Source: Sandaracinaceae bacterium (lineage in GTDB: Bacteria > Myxococcota_A > Polyangia > Polyangiales > Sandaracinaceae). From it: a stretch of 46,871 nt of DNA. Shown here in pieces: positions 1-10,104 of this stretch. Within the stretch, counting starts at the first letter, position 1. Each line of letters starts with the position of its first letter. Location: contig JBGAQA010000017.1 of the NCBI GenBank assembly GCA_044220955.1, positions 53,827-100,697 on the forward strand, in the 5' to 3' direction. The notes under the pieces were generated by a model. That model saw nothing but the letters and a program-made list of their open reading frames with translations, had not been told where the DNA came from and ran no database searches. The position numbers and the translations under genes are program-made.

Positions 1-444
1 GTGCGCGCAGTCGGCGTTCACTGCGCAGGCGGCGCACGCATGGCTCGTCGTGTCGCAGCGCGACGCCGTCGCGCTCGTGCAGTCGCTCGCGCCCAGGCAC
101 GCGACGCACGCGTGGGTCGTGGGCTCGCAGCGCGTCGCGGCGCCGCCGGTGCAGTCGCCGTCGAGCAGGCACGCCACGCACGTCTCGTTCGCGAGCAGGC
201 AGTGCGGCGTCCCGCCGCCGCAGCTCCCCCCGCAGGGCACGTGCGCGTCGATCCGCGGCGCATCGAGCCCCGCGTCCTGCCCGCCGTCGCGGCCGGCATC
301 GCCGCCCGCGTCCGGCGAGACCGCGCCGTCGAGCGGAACGCAGTGCTGGCCCGTCGCGTCGAGCGCGAAGCCGGCCGGGCACGTGGCGCCCGAGCAGCCG
401 AGCACGGCGGACGCGGCGAGGGCGACGCAGGTCCGCGGGGTCAC
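1..444 (-). CDS. Cys-rich lipoprotein, paralog of 441-1433 (3' end runs off the window)
   Basis: Manual translation from GTG at 444 (overlaps the TGA of the upstream gene): MTPRTCVALAASAVLGCSGATCPAGFALDATGQHCVPLDGAVSPDAGG...; lipobox VLGC; nt 1-362 match 981-1342 with 6 mismatches. Not listed in the ORF track. Confidence 0.85.
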   Translation of the reverse strand, partial: MTPRTCVALAASAVLGCSGATCPAGFALDATGQHCVPLDGAVSPDAGGDAGRDGGQDAGLDAPRIDAHVPCGGSCGGGTPHCLLANETCVACLLDGDCTGGAATRCEPTTHACVACLGASDCTSATASRCDTTSHACAACAVNADCAH

Positions 445-1342
445 GGCGAGCCGCAGTACCCGCCGGCGCCACAGTTGGCGCCGCTCGGGCACTGGCTCGA
501 GAGACCGCACGAGTAGGTGCAGCGGTTGGCGACGAGATTGACGGTCTCGCAGCGCCCGTCCGCCAGCCCGCTCGCCCCGCAATCGCCGGGCGCCGTGCAC
601 GCCGTGTCAGAGGTGAGCGCTTGCACCGCCTCGCACGTCGTCGCGTCCTCGTCGACCCCGCAGTACGCGGCGGCCGCTGCGCCGGACGCGGTCACGCGTG
701 CAGGCGTCGGTACCGTGTAGGGCCGCATGCACCCGACGGCGCCCTGCCTCAGGCAGTAGCTCCCGTGGCTCGCGCCCATGAACTGCATGGGCACGCAGCG
801 CTCCATGGCGCTGGCGCACTCGCTGTCGGCGCGGCAGGCGCGGCAGGTGGTGACCGAGCCGCGCGGCGTGGTGGTGCACGCGTGCGTGGCCGGGTCGCAG
901 CTGTTCGCGCCGCAGGCGGTCTCGTCGGTGACCGAGCACACGACGCACGTCCCCGCCTCGCAGACGCCGGTGCCCGCGAGGTGCGCGCAGTCGGCGTTCA
1001 CTGCGCAGGCGGCGCACGCATGGCTCGTCGTGTCGCAGCGCGACGCCGTCGCGCTCGCGCAGTCGCTCGCGCCCAGGCACGCGACGCACGCGTGGGTCGT
1101 GGGCTCGCAGCGTGTCGCGGCGCCGCCGGTGCAGTCGCCGTCGAGCAGGCACGCCACGCACGTCTCGTTCGCGAGCAGGCAGTGCGGCGTGCCGCCGCCG
1201 CAGCTCCCGCCGCAGGGAACGTGCGCGTCGATCCGCGGCGCATCGAGCCCCGCGTCCTGCCCGCCGTCGCGGCCGGCGTCGCCGCCCGCGTCCGGCGAGA
1301 CCGCGCCGTCGAGCGGAACGCAGTGCTGGCCCGTCGCGTCGA
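1..1342. repeat. Direct repeat: 1-362 vs 981-1342 (offset 980 nt)
   Basis: Manual alignment gives mismatches only at 78, 133, 211, 229, 238 and 298; the copies diverge after position 362/1342. Confidence 0.95.
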
Positions 1343-1433
1343 ACACGTAGCCCTCGGCGCACGTGTTCACGAGCGCGGGCGAGCAGCCGGCGACCGACGC
1401 CGCGAGCACGAGACAGAACGAGCGCGTCACCAT
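441..1433 (-). CDS. Cys-rich repeat lipoprotein (myxobacterial type)
   Basis: MVTRSFCLVLAASVAGC lipobox, DAGG linker, repeated C-V-A-C-L-x3-DC units; start overlaps the stop of the upstream gene. Confidence 0.85.
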   Translation of the reverse strand: MVTRSFCLVLAASVAGCSPALVNTCAEGYVFDATGQHCVPLDGAVSPDAGGDAGRDGGQDAGLDAPRIDAHVPCGGSCGGGTPHCLLANETCVACLLDGDCTGGAATRCEPTTHACVACLGASDCASATASRCDTTSHACAACAVNADCAHLAGTGVCEAGTCVVCSVTDETACGANSCDPATHACTTTPRGSVTTCRACRADSECASAMERCVPMQFMGASHGSYCLRQGAVGCMRPYTVPTPARVTASGAAAAAYCGVDEDATTCEAVQALTSDTACTAPGDCGASGLADGRCETVNLVANRCTYSCGLSSQCPSGANCGAGGYCGSP

Positions 1434-1919
1434 CGCATCACCCATCCTGCGACGCCGCCGCGGTCGTCGAGCGAGGCCCACGGGACCAGCTCGACCGACG
1501 CGCTCCGTGACGGCCGCACGCGCGCGAGCTGACGGAAGTAGTCGTCCGCGACGAACGCGAGCACGACGCCGACGGCGGCGAACGCCACGCCCGCGCCGAG
1601 CGCGAGCCCCGCGAGCATCCGCGCGTCGGCGTTCCGCGACTGCGTCTGGATGCACGCGCCCGCGAGGCTGCGCTCGATGCACGCGCCGTCGGGCTGCGCG
1701 AGCTCGTAGCTCCCGAAGATCACGCCGAAGAGGCCGTCCGCGATCAGGACGGCGCTGCCGACGCTCGTCCCGATCGCGCGCGTCTCGAACGTCGCCGCGA
1801 GCCCGGAGTCGGCGCGATCCTGCGCGTCACAAACGGGGGGGGGCAACGAACGTACCAACCGTCAGCGCGATCGAGATCGCGAGCTCCAGCGAGCACGAGT
1901 TCAGTCGGCGCAAGGTCAT
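1427..1919 (-). pseudogene. Secreted/membrane protein gene frameshifted at a G9/C9 tract
   Basis: ATG 1919 with GAGGGAGG upstream gives signal-like MTLRRLNSCSLELAISIALTVGTFVAPP, then stops after the C9 run (1835-1843). Removing one C joins it to ORF 1427..1858 (two hydrophobic segments). Span 493 nt = 3n+1. Confidence 0.65.
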
Positions 1920-2022
1920 CCCTCCCTCAGGCGGCGCGGTCATAGCCGCTTCTCGGCCACCTCGCCAATGCGTTGCGCACGCTCCCCCGAACCCTCTCCC
2001 TCGCCGATTCAGAGGGCTTCCG

Positions 2023-3663
2023 TCAGGGCGCGGAGCTCTCGAGCGACACGCTCGGGAGCGCCGGGATGGCGAGGTCTTCGCCGCGCGGGTACGCCCAGAG
2101 GATCGTGTTCCAGCCGATCGAGCCGCGGCGGATGACCAGGTGCTGCGCCGGATCGAGGTGTCCCGGCGGGTTCATGTAGTCGTCGTCCGTGACGAAGCCC
2201 TCGTAGAGGTAGTCGGTGAGCTCGCCCGCGTAGAGCACGCCGTCGTGCGGCTTGTAGTCGGCCTCGCCGAGCACGCCGCGGCGCAGGTACCAGGACACGT
2301 AGCCGCCCGCGCGGCGCGGCTCGGCGGTGTCGCTCAGCACGTCCTCGTCGGACGAGAAGATGCCCATGCGGCCCGGCCGCGTCATGAAGTCCTCGGCGAA
2401 GCCGCCGGCGTGGCAGGAGTCGAGCGCGAGGATGGTCGTGTTCGCGCGGATCGCGTCGAGCTCGCGCACCACCTCGGTGTCGGTGAGCTGGCCGTCGATC
2501 ATCACGACGGTCTCGTCGATGCCGTCGAGCTCGTGCGGGTCGCCGCCGGCGGGCACCGGCACGACGTTGCCGTGCCCCGAGTAGAAGATCATCACGACGT
2601 CGTCGGGCTGCGCGCGCGCCGCGAGGGCGCGGATGCCCGCGAGGAAGTTCGCCTGCGTCGCCTGCGCATCGATGAGCACGGTCTGCTCGTCCACGCGCTG
2701 CAGGTGCGCCGCGCGCATCGCGTCGCCGAGGAAGGTCGCGTCGTCGGCACAGCCGTAGAGGCGGCCGTGATCGACGTACTCGGTGATGCCGACGATGAGG
2801 CTCAGGATGCGGCCGCGCCCCTCCGGGCCGGCGAAGGGACCGCTCGGCACCGTCTCGCCCGCGTGCACGATCACCGGCGGGCGCACCGACGTCGCGACCG
2901 AGAAGGCGCCGCTGCCGCCGCCGCCGTACGCCGAGACGATCAGCTGGTAGGTCCCGCTCTCCGGCAGCGCCACGAAGACCGTGCTGTCGAGCGCGCGCTC
3001 GGTGCCCTCGGGCCCGAGGTCGTTCGCGTCGTCGTTCACCCAGCTCTCGCCGTGCGGGCCGATGACGGTCGCGATCGTGTCGAAGTCGCGCGAGGTCACG
3101 CGGATGCGCAGGATCGAGCCGCCCTGGCCGTCGAAGCGCAGGAACGAGTGGCCCTGGAACATCGGGTCGGACACCGCGCCGAGCGTGCCCGTCGCGCGGG
3201 CGTCGAGCGCGAGCGGCTCCCCCGGGATCACGCTGAGCGACTGGACGTCGACGATGTAGGCGCCGAGCTGGTTCGCGACCGCGGAGCTGACCGACACGCG
3301 GTAGGTCGCCGTGACCGGCGCCGTGAACTGCAGCATCGAGTCGAGGGTGTTCGGCAGCGCGTCGTCGTTCTCGATCGAGAAGTCGCCCGGCCCCGTGATC
3401 CGCACGACGGGATCGATCGCGCCCGCCGGCACGTGCACGCGCACGAGCTGCCCCTCGTTCAGGTCGAGGTCGTAGTCGTCGACGTGGTGCGAGCCGTCCT
3501 CTTCGCGATCGCTCGCGGTGAGCTCGCCCTGCGTGCTCGTCCCGATCGCGAGGCGGGAGGGCGCCGGGCCCTCGCCGTTCGCTTGCGGCGTGGTGGTCCC
3601 GGTGGGCTGGGCGCCGCCGCAGGCGACGAGCAGGAGGGTCACGAAGAGGGATGTCCGCGTCAT
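2023..3663 (-). CDS. Lipoprotein with two PPC-like domains and a C-terminal caspase-family (peptidase C14) domain
   Basis: MTRTSLFVTLLLVAC lipobox; two PPC-like beta repeats (DDYDLDLNEGQLVRV..ENDD; FLRFDGQGG..VNDD); His and Cys motifs FYSGHG and LDSCHAG. Confidence 0.88.
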   Translation of the reverse strand: MTRTSLFVTLLLVACGGAQPTGTTTPQANGEGPAPSRLAIGTSTQGELTASDREEDGSHHVDDYDLDLNEGQLVRVHVPAGAIDPVVRITGPGDFSIENDDALPNTLDSMLQFTAPVTATYRVSVSSAVANQLGAYIVDVQSLSVIPGEPLALDARATGTLGAVSDPMFQGHSFLRFDGQGGSILRIRVTSRDFDTIATVIGPHGESWVNDDANDLGPEGTERALDSTVFVALPESGTYQLIVSAYGGGGSGAFSVATSVRPPVIVHAGETVPSGPFAGPEGRGRILSLIVGITEYVDHGRLYGCADDATFLGDAMRAAHLQRVDEQTVLIDAQATQANFLAGIRALAARAQPDDVVMIFYSGHGNVVPVPAGGDPHELDGIDETVVMIDGQLTDTEVVRELDAIRANTTILALDSCHAGGFAEDFMTRPGRMGIFSSDEDVLSDTAEPRRAGGYVSWYLRRGVLGEADYKPHDGVLYAGELTDYLYEGFVTDDDYMNPPGHLDPAQHLVIRRGSIGWNTILWAYPRGEDLAIPALPSVSLESSAP

Positions 3664-3909
3664 GGCGGGCGCGAAGCTAGCACGACGAACCGGAGCGTCT
3701 CCCCCATACGAGGGAGGGCGGTGGCGTCGCGGCAGGGTGGGGCTGCTCCGAAGAGGCTCCATGCGCGTCACGAGGGGGGGATCTCGCTGGTCGGGATCTT
3801 CCGGCTCGTCGTGCCCCCGGCGCGCTCGCGGCCGACACGACGAACGCGTCCGGTGGCTGCAGCTGAGCCGGTAACGGCGCGGCCCGACTTGGGGGTACCA
3901 TCGCCCGCC

Positions 3910-5835
3910 ATGTTCGAGCTCGGCCCCAGCGTCCCCACCACCTGCACCGCCGACAACGCGCGCACCGTCGGCGAGATGTTCTACCTGCGCCGCGCGCGCA
4001 GCGCGTCCCGCCCGGCGCTCTACCACCGGCCGGCGGACACGTGGATCCCGATCACGTGGGACGAGTTCTACCTGCGCGCCGCGCGCGTCGCGAAGGGCAT
4101 CCTCGAGCTCGGCCTCACGCGCGGCGACCGCGTCGCGATCCTCGGGCCGACGCAGCCGCCCTGGGCGATCCTCGATCTCGGCGCCCAGCTCGCCGGGATG
4201 GTCAGCTTCGGCATCTACCCGAAGCAGTCGGTCGAGCAGGCGCGCTACCTGCTCGAGCACAGCGAGGCGAAGGTCGTCTTCGTCGACGAGCCCAAGGAGC
4301 TCGAGACGATCCTCGCCGCCGGCAAGGACGTCTCGACGCTCGAGACGATCGTTCCCTGGACGAAGGAGCTCTACGAGAAGTACCGCGCGCGCGACCGGCG
4401 CATCGTCTCGTTCGAGCGCTTCGAGGCCGAGGCGCTCCCGGACGCGGACGTCCGAAGCATCCAGCAGAGCAAGGACCCGGACGAGGTCGCCATCCTGATC
4501 TACACGTCGGGCACGACGGGGCCGCCGAAGGGCGCGATGCTCTCCCACAAGAACATCCTCTCGCTGCTCTCGTCGAGCGCGCGCGAGTCACCCTTCTCGA
4601 CGAGCGATCTCTCGCTCAACTTCCTGCCGATGGCGCACTCCGCGGAGCGCATCCTCGGCTTCTACGCGCGCGTCGCGAACGGCGTGACCGGCGCGTACGC
4701 GCAGAGCACGGCGACCGTGCTCGACGACCTCAAGACGGTGCGGCCGACGGTGTTCGGCAGCGTGCCGCGGATCTTCGAGAAGGCGTACACGAAGATCCTC
4801 GGGGAGATCGAGAAGCAGTCGCCCGCCGTGCGGCGCCTCTTCGCGTGGGCCGTCGACGTGGGCAAGCAGCGCATCCCCTACCTCACGACCGGTCGCCCCG
4901 TGCCGATGCACATCGAGGCGCGCTACAAGATCGCCGAGCGGCTCGTGTTCAGGCGCATCCGTGACGCGTTCGGCGGCCGCGTGCGCATGATGGTGACGGG
5001 CGCCGCGCCCACCGCGCGCGTGATCCTCGAGTTCTTCTGGGCCGCGGGCCTGCCGATCTACGAGGCCTTCGGCATGACCGAGGCGACGGTGATCACGCAC
5101 GCCAACCGCATCGGCGCCACGAAGCTCGGCACGGTCGGCCGCGTGATCCCGCCGGCCGAGTGCAAGATCGCCGAGGACGGCGAGATCCTGCTGAACGGCC
5201 CCTGGGTGTTCCGGGGCTACTACAAGCAGAAGGAAGCCACCGACGAGGCGCTCGCAGGCGGGTGGCTGCACACCGGCGACATCGGCTCGATCGACGAGGA
5301 CGGGTACCTCCGCATCACCGACCGCAAGAAGCACCTCATCATCACGGCGGGCGGAAAGAACATCTCGCCCGCGAACGTGGAGAAGGCGATCAAGGACGAG
5401 GAGTCGCTCGTGAGCCAGGTCCACGCGCACGGCGACCGGCGGAACTACCTCTCGGCGATCCTCGCGCCGAGCCCGATCGAGACGCTCGAGTGGGGCGTGC
5501 CGCGCGGGCTCGCCACCCAGGACGACGTGTTGCGCTTCACCAAGGAGCTGATGGACGACCCGCTCGGCCGCAGCGACGCGCTCAACGCGGCGATGGCGAA
5601 GGTGGTCGCGCACCCGGAGTTCAAGGAGCGCATGCGCGCGGCCGTCAAGCGCGGCAACGGCAAGCTCGCGCAGGTCGAGCACGTGCGCCGCTTCGTCATC
5701 CTCGATCGCGACTTCAGCCAGTCGCAGGGCGAGCTGACCCCGACGATGAAGATCCGCAGGAAGGAGGTCGAGGCGAAGTACGCCCCGCTCTTCGACAAGG
5801 TGTACGCCGAGGATCCGATCGGGATCGAGGTCTGA
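3910..5835 (+). CDS. Long-chain fatty acid-CoA ligase (AMP-dependent synthetase, FadD-like)
   Basis: YTSGTTGPPKG, FGMTE, GWLHTGDIG, ITDRKK..GGKNISP, ELTPTMKIRR motifs; start ATG 3910 follows TACCAT. Confidence 0.93.
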   Translation: MFELGPSVPTTCTADNARTVGEMFYLRRARSASRPALYHRPADTWIPITWDEFYLRAARVAKGILELGLTRGDRVAILGPTQPPWAILDLGAQLAGMVSFGIYPKQSVEQARYLLEHSEAKVVFVDEPKELETILAAGKDVSTLETIVPWTKELYEKYRARDRRIVSFERFEAEALPDADVRSIQQSKDPDEVAILIYTSGTTGPPKGAMLSHKNILSLLSSSARESPFSTSDLSLNFLPMAHSAERILGFYARVANGVTGAYAQSTATVLDDLKTVRPTVFGSVPRIFEKAYTKILGEIEKQSPAVRRLFAWAVDVGKQRIPYLTTGRPVPMHIEARYKIAERLVFRRIRDAFGGRVRMMVTGAAPTARVILEFFWAAGLPIYEAFGMTEATVITHANRIGATKLGTVGRVIPPAECKIAEDGEILLNGPWVFRGYYKQKEATDEALAGGWLHTGDIGSIDEDGYLRITDRKKHLIITAGGKNISPANVEKAIKDEESLVSQVHAHGDRRNYLSAILAPSPIETLEWGVPRGLATQDDVLRFTKELMDDPLGRSDALNAAMAKVVAHPEFKERMRAAVKRGNGKLAQVEHVRRFVILDRDFSQSQGELTPTMKIRRKEVEAKYAPLFDKVYAEDPIGIEV

Positions 5836-5887
5836 GGCGCACGAATTGCCGCGCCGTCCGGCGGGCGTGGTAAGCCCCGCGTAGGCC

Positions 5888-7273
5888 ATGTTCCGCGGGC
5901 GCGTTCGCAACATCCACTTCGTCGGCATCGGTGGCATCGGCATGAGCGGCATCGCCGAGGTGCTGCTCGCCAGCGACTTCCACGTCACGGGCTCCGACGC
6001 GCGCGCGAGCGACGTCACCAAGCGCCTCGAGGAGCTCGGCGCGAAGGTGTTCGTCGGGCATGCCGCGACCAACGTCGGCGACGCGGACGTCGTCGTGTTC
6101 TCGAGCGCCGTCGCCAAGGACAACCCCGAGCTCGTGATCGCCCGCGCGAACAACGTCCCGGTCATCCCGCGCGCGGAGATGCTGGCCGAGCTGATGCGCC
6201 TCAAGGACGGCGTGGCGATCGCCGGCTCGCACGGCAAGACCACCACGACCTCGCTCGTGGCCACGGTGCTCCGCGAGGCGGGACGCGACCCGACGGTCGT
6301 GATCGGCGGCAAGCTCAACTCGCTCGGAACGAACGCCGCCCGCGGCGAGGGCGATCTGCTCGTGGCCGAGGCGGACGAGAGCGACGGCTCGTTCCTGCAC
6401 CTCTCGCCCGTCGTCGCCGTCATCACCAACATCGACGCCGAGCACCTCGACCACTACGGCACGCACGCGAAGGTGAAGGACGCGTTCGCCGAGTTCGCCA
6501 ACCGCGTGCCGTTCTACGGCCTCGTGGTCGCGTGCCTCGATCACCCGCACGTGCAGGCGATCCTTCCGCGGATCGAGAAGCGTGTCGTGACGTACGGCCT
6601 CGCGGCGCAGGCCGACTACCGCGCCAAGAGCCCCGTGGTCGAAGGGCTCTCGACGCGCTTCACGCTCGTGCGCCGCGGCAGGCCGGGCGGCGAGTTCGTC
6701 GTGCGCATGCCCGGCATCCACAACGTGCTGAACGCGCTCGCGGTCATCGCCGTCGCCGACGAGCTCGACGTGCCGGAGGACGTGACGCGCCGGGCGCTCG
6801 CGGGCTTCACGGGCGTGCAGCGGCGCTTCACGATCCGCGGCGAGGCCGGCGGCGTCACGGTCGTCGACGACTACGGCCACCACCCGGCCGAGGTGCAGGC
6901 GACGCTCGAGGCCGCGCAGCGCGCCTACGGGCGCCGGCTCGTCGTCGCGTTCCAGCCGCACCGCTACTCGCGCACGCACCACTGCTTCGACGAGCTCGTG
7001 CGCGCGTTCAACCGCGCCGACGTGCTCTTGCTCGCAGACGTCTACGCCGCCGGTGAGGCGCCCATCCCCGGCGCGACGAGCCCCGAGCTGGCGGCGGCGA
7101 TCCGCGCGCACGGCCATCGCGACGTGACGTGGGCCGGGCCCCGCACCGAGGTCGCCAAGGCACTGGCCGCGCGCGTGCAGCCCGGCGACGTCGTGATCAC
7201 GCTCGGCGCCGGCGACATCACCCGCGTCGGGCCGGACCTGCTGGCCCTGCTCGGCGGCGACGCGAGCGCGTAG
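5888..7273 (+). CDS. murC: UDP-N-acetylmuramate--L-alanine ligase
   Basis: [49 protein letters not shown]. Confidence 0.97.
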   Translation: MFRGRVRNIHFVGIGGIGMSGIAEVLLASDFHVTGSDARASDVTKRLEELGAKVFVGHAATNVGDADVVVFSSAVAKDNPELVIARANNVPVIPRAEMLAELMRLKDGVAIAGSHGKTTTTSLVATVLREAGRDPTVVIGGKLNSLGTNAARGEGDLLVAEADESDGSFLHLSPVVAVITNIDAEHLDHYGTHAKVKDAFAEFANRVPFYGLVVACLDHPHVQAILPRIEKRVVTYGLAAQADYRAKSPVVEGLSTRFTLVRRGRPGGEFVVRMPGIHNVLNALAVIAVADELDVPEDVTRRALAGFTGVQRRFTIRGEAGGVTVVDDYGHHPAEVQATLEAAQRAYGRRLVVAFQPHRYSRTHHCFDELVRAFNRADVLLLADVYAAGEAPIPGATSPELAAAIRAHGHRDVTWAGPRTEVAKALAARVQPGDVVITLGAGDITRVGPDLLALLGGDASA

Positions 7274-7328
7274 CTCGCGGCCGATCGGCGAAGGCCGGGC
7301 CGCGGCAGGTGAGCTATCCTGCGCGGCG

Positions 7329-8147
7329 ATGACGGTTCCTCACGAGCGGCGGGGGTGGGCGCGGGCCAGCATGTTGCTCGCCGGGCTGGCCCTGTGGGCC
7401 GTGGGCAGCCCGGCGGCCGCGCAGACCGCGGGCCACGAGGACGATGGTCCGAGCCAGACGCCCGGCCAGAGCGAGCCCACGCGCGCGCGAGACGCCGGCG
7501 ATCCGCCCGAGGACGAGCTCGCCGAGGTGTCGTCGGGGCCGACGCTGCAGCAGCGCGAGCTCGCCGCGCGGCGGGGGCATCCGCTCGACCGCCCGTCGTA
7601 CGCGCCCGATCCCTCGGATCCGGATCTGCCCGTCGCCGTCACGATCGCGCTCGGTGGCGGCGCGACCGTCGTCGGGTCGTCCTTCGATGCCGTCCTCGCC
7701 TCGCACGACTACGCGAGCTCGACGGGCGTCTACCTCGGCGACGTCACCGTGCTCGGGCGTCTCGCGGACTGGTTCTTCCTCGGCGGGCGCCTCGGAGGCC
7801 GGGCGCGCACGTTCGTGCGCAACGACGGCCCGGGCGGCTCGGCCGGCGTCGTCGATCTGCAGCTCATCGCGATGGCGCGCGTCCAGCTCGGGCGCGTGAT
7901 CGATCTCGGCGTCCACGTCGGCGGTGGAGCCGGCGTCGTCGGGATCGCGCTCCACGACGGCGCCTCGAACGGCATCGCCCCGCGCGTCACCGCGGGCGTC
8001 CACCTCGCCTTCCGCGTCGGCCACGGCGTGCGCCTCGTGCTGCGCGGCGCCTACGACTTCTGTCGCTGGTTCGGCATCGATCGCTACGGCGACGAGCTCG
8101 AGCTCGGCGGCCCGAGCGCCGCCGTGGGGCTCGAGGTGCGATCGTGA
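7329..8147 (+). CDS. Secreted protein, probable small outer-membrane beta-barrel
   Basis: Signal peptide ending AAAQ, acidic linker, alternating amphipathic Gly-rich strands; TATCCT 8 nt upstream of ATG. Confidence 0.7.
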   Translation: MTVPHERRGWARASMLLAGLALWAVGSPAAAQTAGHEDDGPSQTPGQSEPTRARDAGDPPEDELAEVSSGPTLQQRELAARRGHPLDRPSYAPDPSDPDLPVAVTIALGGGATVVGSSFDAVLASHDYASSTGVYLGDVTVLGRLADWFFLGGRLGGRARTFVRNDGPGGSAGVVDLQLIAMARVQLGRVIDLGVHVGGGAGVVGIALHDGASNGIAPRVTAGVHLAFRVGHGVRLVLRGAYDFCRWFGIDRYGDELELGGPSAAVGLEVRS

Positions 8148-8722
8148 GGGCGGTGCGGGGCGCCGCGCGGCCGCCGATGATCGCCGCGCTCGCGCTGCTC
8201 GCGCTCGTCCCGGCGTGCAACGGCGCGAGCGACCAGGCGCTCTGGCGCGACGACTTCGAGACCCTCTGCGACGGAGTCCCCTGCGGCTGGTCGCAAGTGG
8301 CGGGGCCCGCCGGCGCGGTCACCTACGTCGAGACGGCGCCGAGCGAGCACGGCCTGCAGATGCGGGGCGACGGCGTCGCGATCTCTCGAACCGCGGACGG
8401 CGACGAGGTGCTCGTGCCGGCGATGGCGGCGTCGATGAGGGCGCACGTGGTCGCGCGCTGCGACGCCGGCTCGCAGATCACGGCGATCGTGACGGTCCGC
8501 AACCTCACGGGCGGCCTGCCGATCGACGTCTCGGGAGTCGCGACGTACCCGTCGACGTGGGACGGCACGCGCACGACCTTCGATCTCTTCGTCACGGACA
8601 GCGGCGACCGCGACGCCCAGTACGACGACATCCTGGGCGTCGTGCTCCACAAGGAGGGGCCGGGCGTCTGCGAGGTCGATTACGTCTCGCTCGCGGACGA
8701 CAACGTGCCCTTCTTCGAGTGA
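8144..8722 (+). CDS. Hypothetical lipoprotein (possible carbohydrate-binding-like beta-sandwich)
   Basis: GTG overlapping the upstream TGA; ALALLALVPAC lipobox; DDFETLCDGVPCGW...CEVDYVSL. Fold call is inference. Confidence 0.7.
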   Translation: MRAVRGAARPPMIAALALLALVPACNGASDQALWRDDFETLCDGVPCGWSQVAGPAGAVTYVETAPSEHGLQMRGDGVAISRTADGDEVLVPAMAASMRAHVVARCDAGSQITAIVTVRNLTGGLPIDVSGVATYPSTWDGTRTTFDLFVTDSGDRDAQYDDILGVVLHKEGPGVCEVDYVSLADDNVPFFE

Positions 8723-8773
8723 GCGCCTTGCCGTTTTTTTGAGCGCCCCGGCGGCACCGTGTATCTGCGGTGC

Positions 8774-10033
8774 ATGGCGATCGAAACGAGCGGCGAGAAC
8801 GAGATCATCGCGGGGCTGGACCTCGGGACGACCAAGGTCTGCGCGATCGTCGCCGAGGTCACCGACGACGGGCTGGACATCATCGGTGTCGGCTCGGTCC
8901 CCTCGCGCGGCCTGCGGCGCGGCGTGGTCGTGAACATCGACTCCACCATGCAGGCCATCCGCGGCGCGGTGGAGCAGGCCCAGACGATGGCCGGCGTGCA
9001 GATCGACTCGGTCTACGCCGGCATGTCGGGCAGCCACGTCCAGGGGCTGAACAAGGAGGGCGTGGCGGCCATCAACACCCGCGAGGTCACGGCCGACGAC
9101 GTCGCGCGGGTGCTCGAGCAGGCGCGCGCCATCCCGCTCGCGAGCGACCGCGAGGTGATCCACGTCCTTCCGCAGGACTACACGGTCGACAACCAGATCG
9201 GCATCCGTGAGCCCATCGGCATGAGCGGTGTGCGCCTCCAGGCGCAGGTCCACCTGGTGACGGCCGCGTCGGCCAGCGTGATGAACATCCGCCGCTGCTG
9301 CGAGCGCTCGAGCCTCGAGGTGGCCGAGGTCGTCCTCGAGCCGCTGGCGAGCGCCGAGGCCGTGCTCGAGCCGGACGAGAAGGAGATCGGCGTCGCGCTC
9401 GTCGACATCGGCGGCGGCACCTCCGACATCATCGTCTACGTCGACGGCGCCGTCGTGCACACGAGCGTCATCCCGATCGGCGGGCTCAACTTCACCAACG
9501 ACGTCGCCCACCGCTTCCGCACGCCGATCGCCGAGGCCGAGCGCCTCAAGATCAAGTATGGCTGCGCGAGCCCGGCGCTCGTCGATCCGGAAGAGGAGAT
9601 CGAGGTGCCCAGCGTCGGTGGCCGCGCTCCGCGGGCGATGTCGCGCCAGGAGCTGTGCGGGGTCCTCGAGCCGCGCGTCGAGGAGCTCTTCCAGTCGGTC
9701 GCGCACGCGCTCGAGCAGGGCGGCTTCATGCAGATGCTCGCGAGCGGCGTGGTGATCACGGGCGGCGCGACGCAGCTCGAGGGCATGCCCGAGATCGCCG
9801 AGCAGATCCTCGGCATGCAGGTGCGGCGGGGCTCGCCCATCGGCATCGGCGGCCTGTCCGACGTGGTGAAGAGCCCGGGCTTCGCGACGGCGGTCGGCCT
9901 GGTGAAGTACGGGGCGGCCAAGGCGCGCCTCGCGGCGCGCTCGCAGAGCCGCCACGTGGAGGTCGCGGTGCCGGCCGTGCGGCCCCGGTCCAGCTGGGCC
10001 TCGATCGGACAGTGGTTGAAAGAGGTCTTCTGA
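8774..10033 (+). CDS. ftsA: Cell division protein FtsA
   Basis: GLDLGTTKV, EPIGMSGVRL, VDIGGGTSD, VVITGG, C-terminal amphipathic WLKEVF. Confidence 0.97.
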   Translation: MAIETSGENEIIAGLDLGTTKVCAIVAEVTDDGLDIIGVGSVPSRGLRRGVVVNIDSTMQAIRGAVEQAQTMAGVQIDSVYAGMSGSHVQGLNKEGVAAINTREVTADDVARVLEQARAIPLASDREVIHVLPQDYTVDNQIGIREPIGMSGVRLQAQVHLVTAASASVMNIRRCCERSSLEVAEVVLEPLASAEAVLEPDEKEIGVALVDIGGGTSDIIVYVDGAVVHTSVIPIGGLNFTNDVAHRFRTPIAEAERLKIKYGCASPALVDPEEEIEVPSVGGRAPRAMSRQELCGVLEPRVEELFQSVAHALEQGGFMQMLASGVVITGGATQLEGMPEIAEQILGMQVRRGSPIGIGGLSDVVKSPGFATAVGLVKYGAAKARLAARSQSRHVEVAVPAVRPRSSWASIGQWLKEVF

Positions 10034-10104
10034 TTTTCCCTCGCTGCGTGAAGGCAGGGCGAGCCGACACGTAGCTCCAAACGCAGAAGGTGTGGGAGGC
10101 GAAC

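Noticed and set aside
1..1342. Assembly artefact explaining the repeat at the window edge
   Set aside because: Six differences, five at third codon positions, and each copy has its own intact signal peptide; a real paralog is more likely, though reads should confirm.
1363..3909. 1490-aa giant acyl-CoA ligase (ORF 1363..5835)
   Set aside because: The upstream part is the antisense shadow of the caspase gene; ligase-like sequence begins at ATG 3910.
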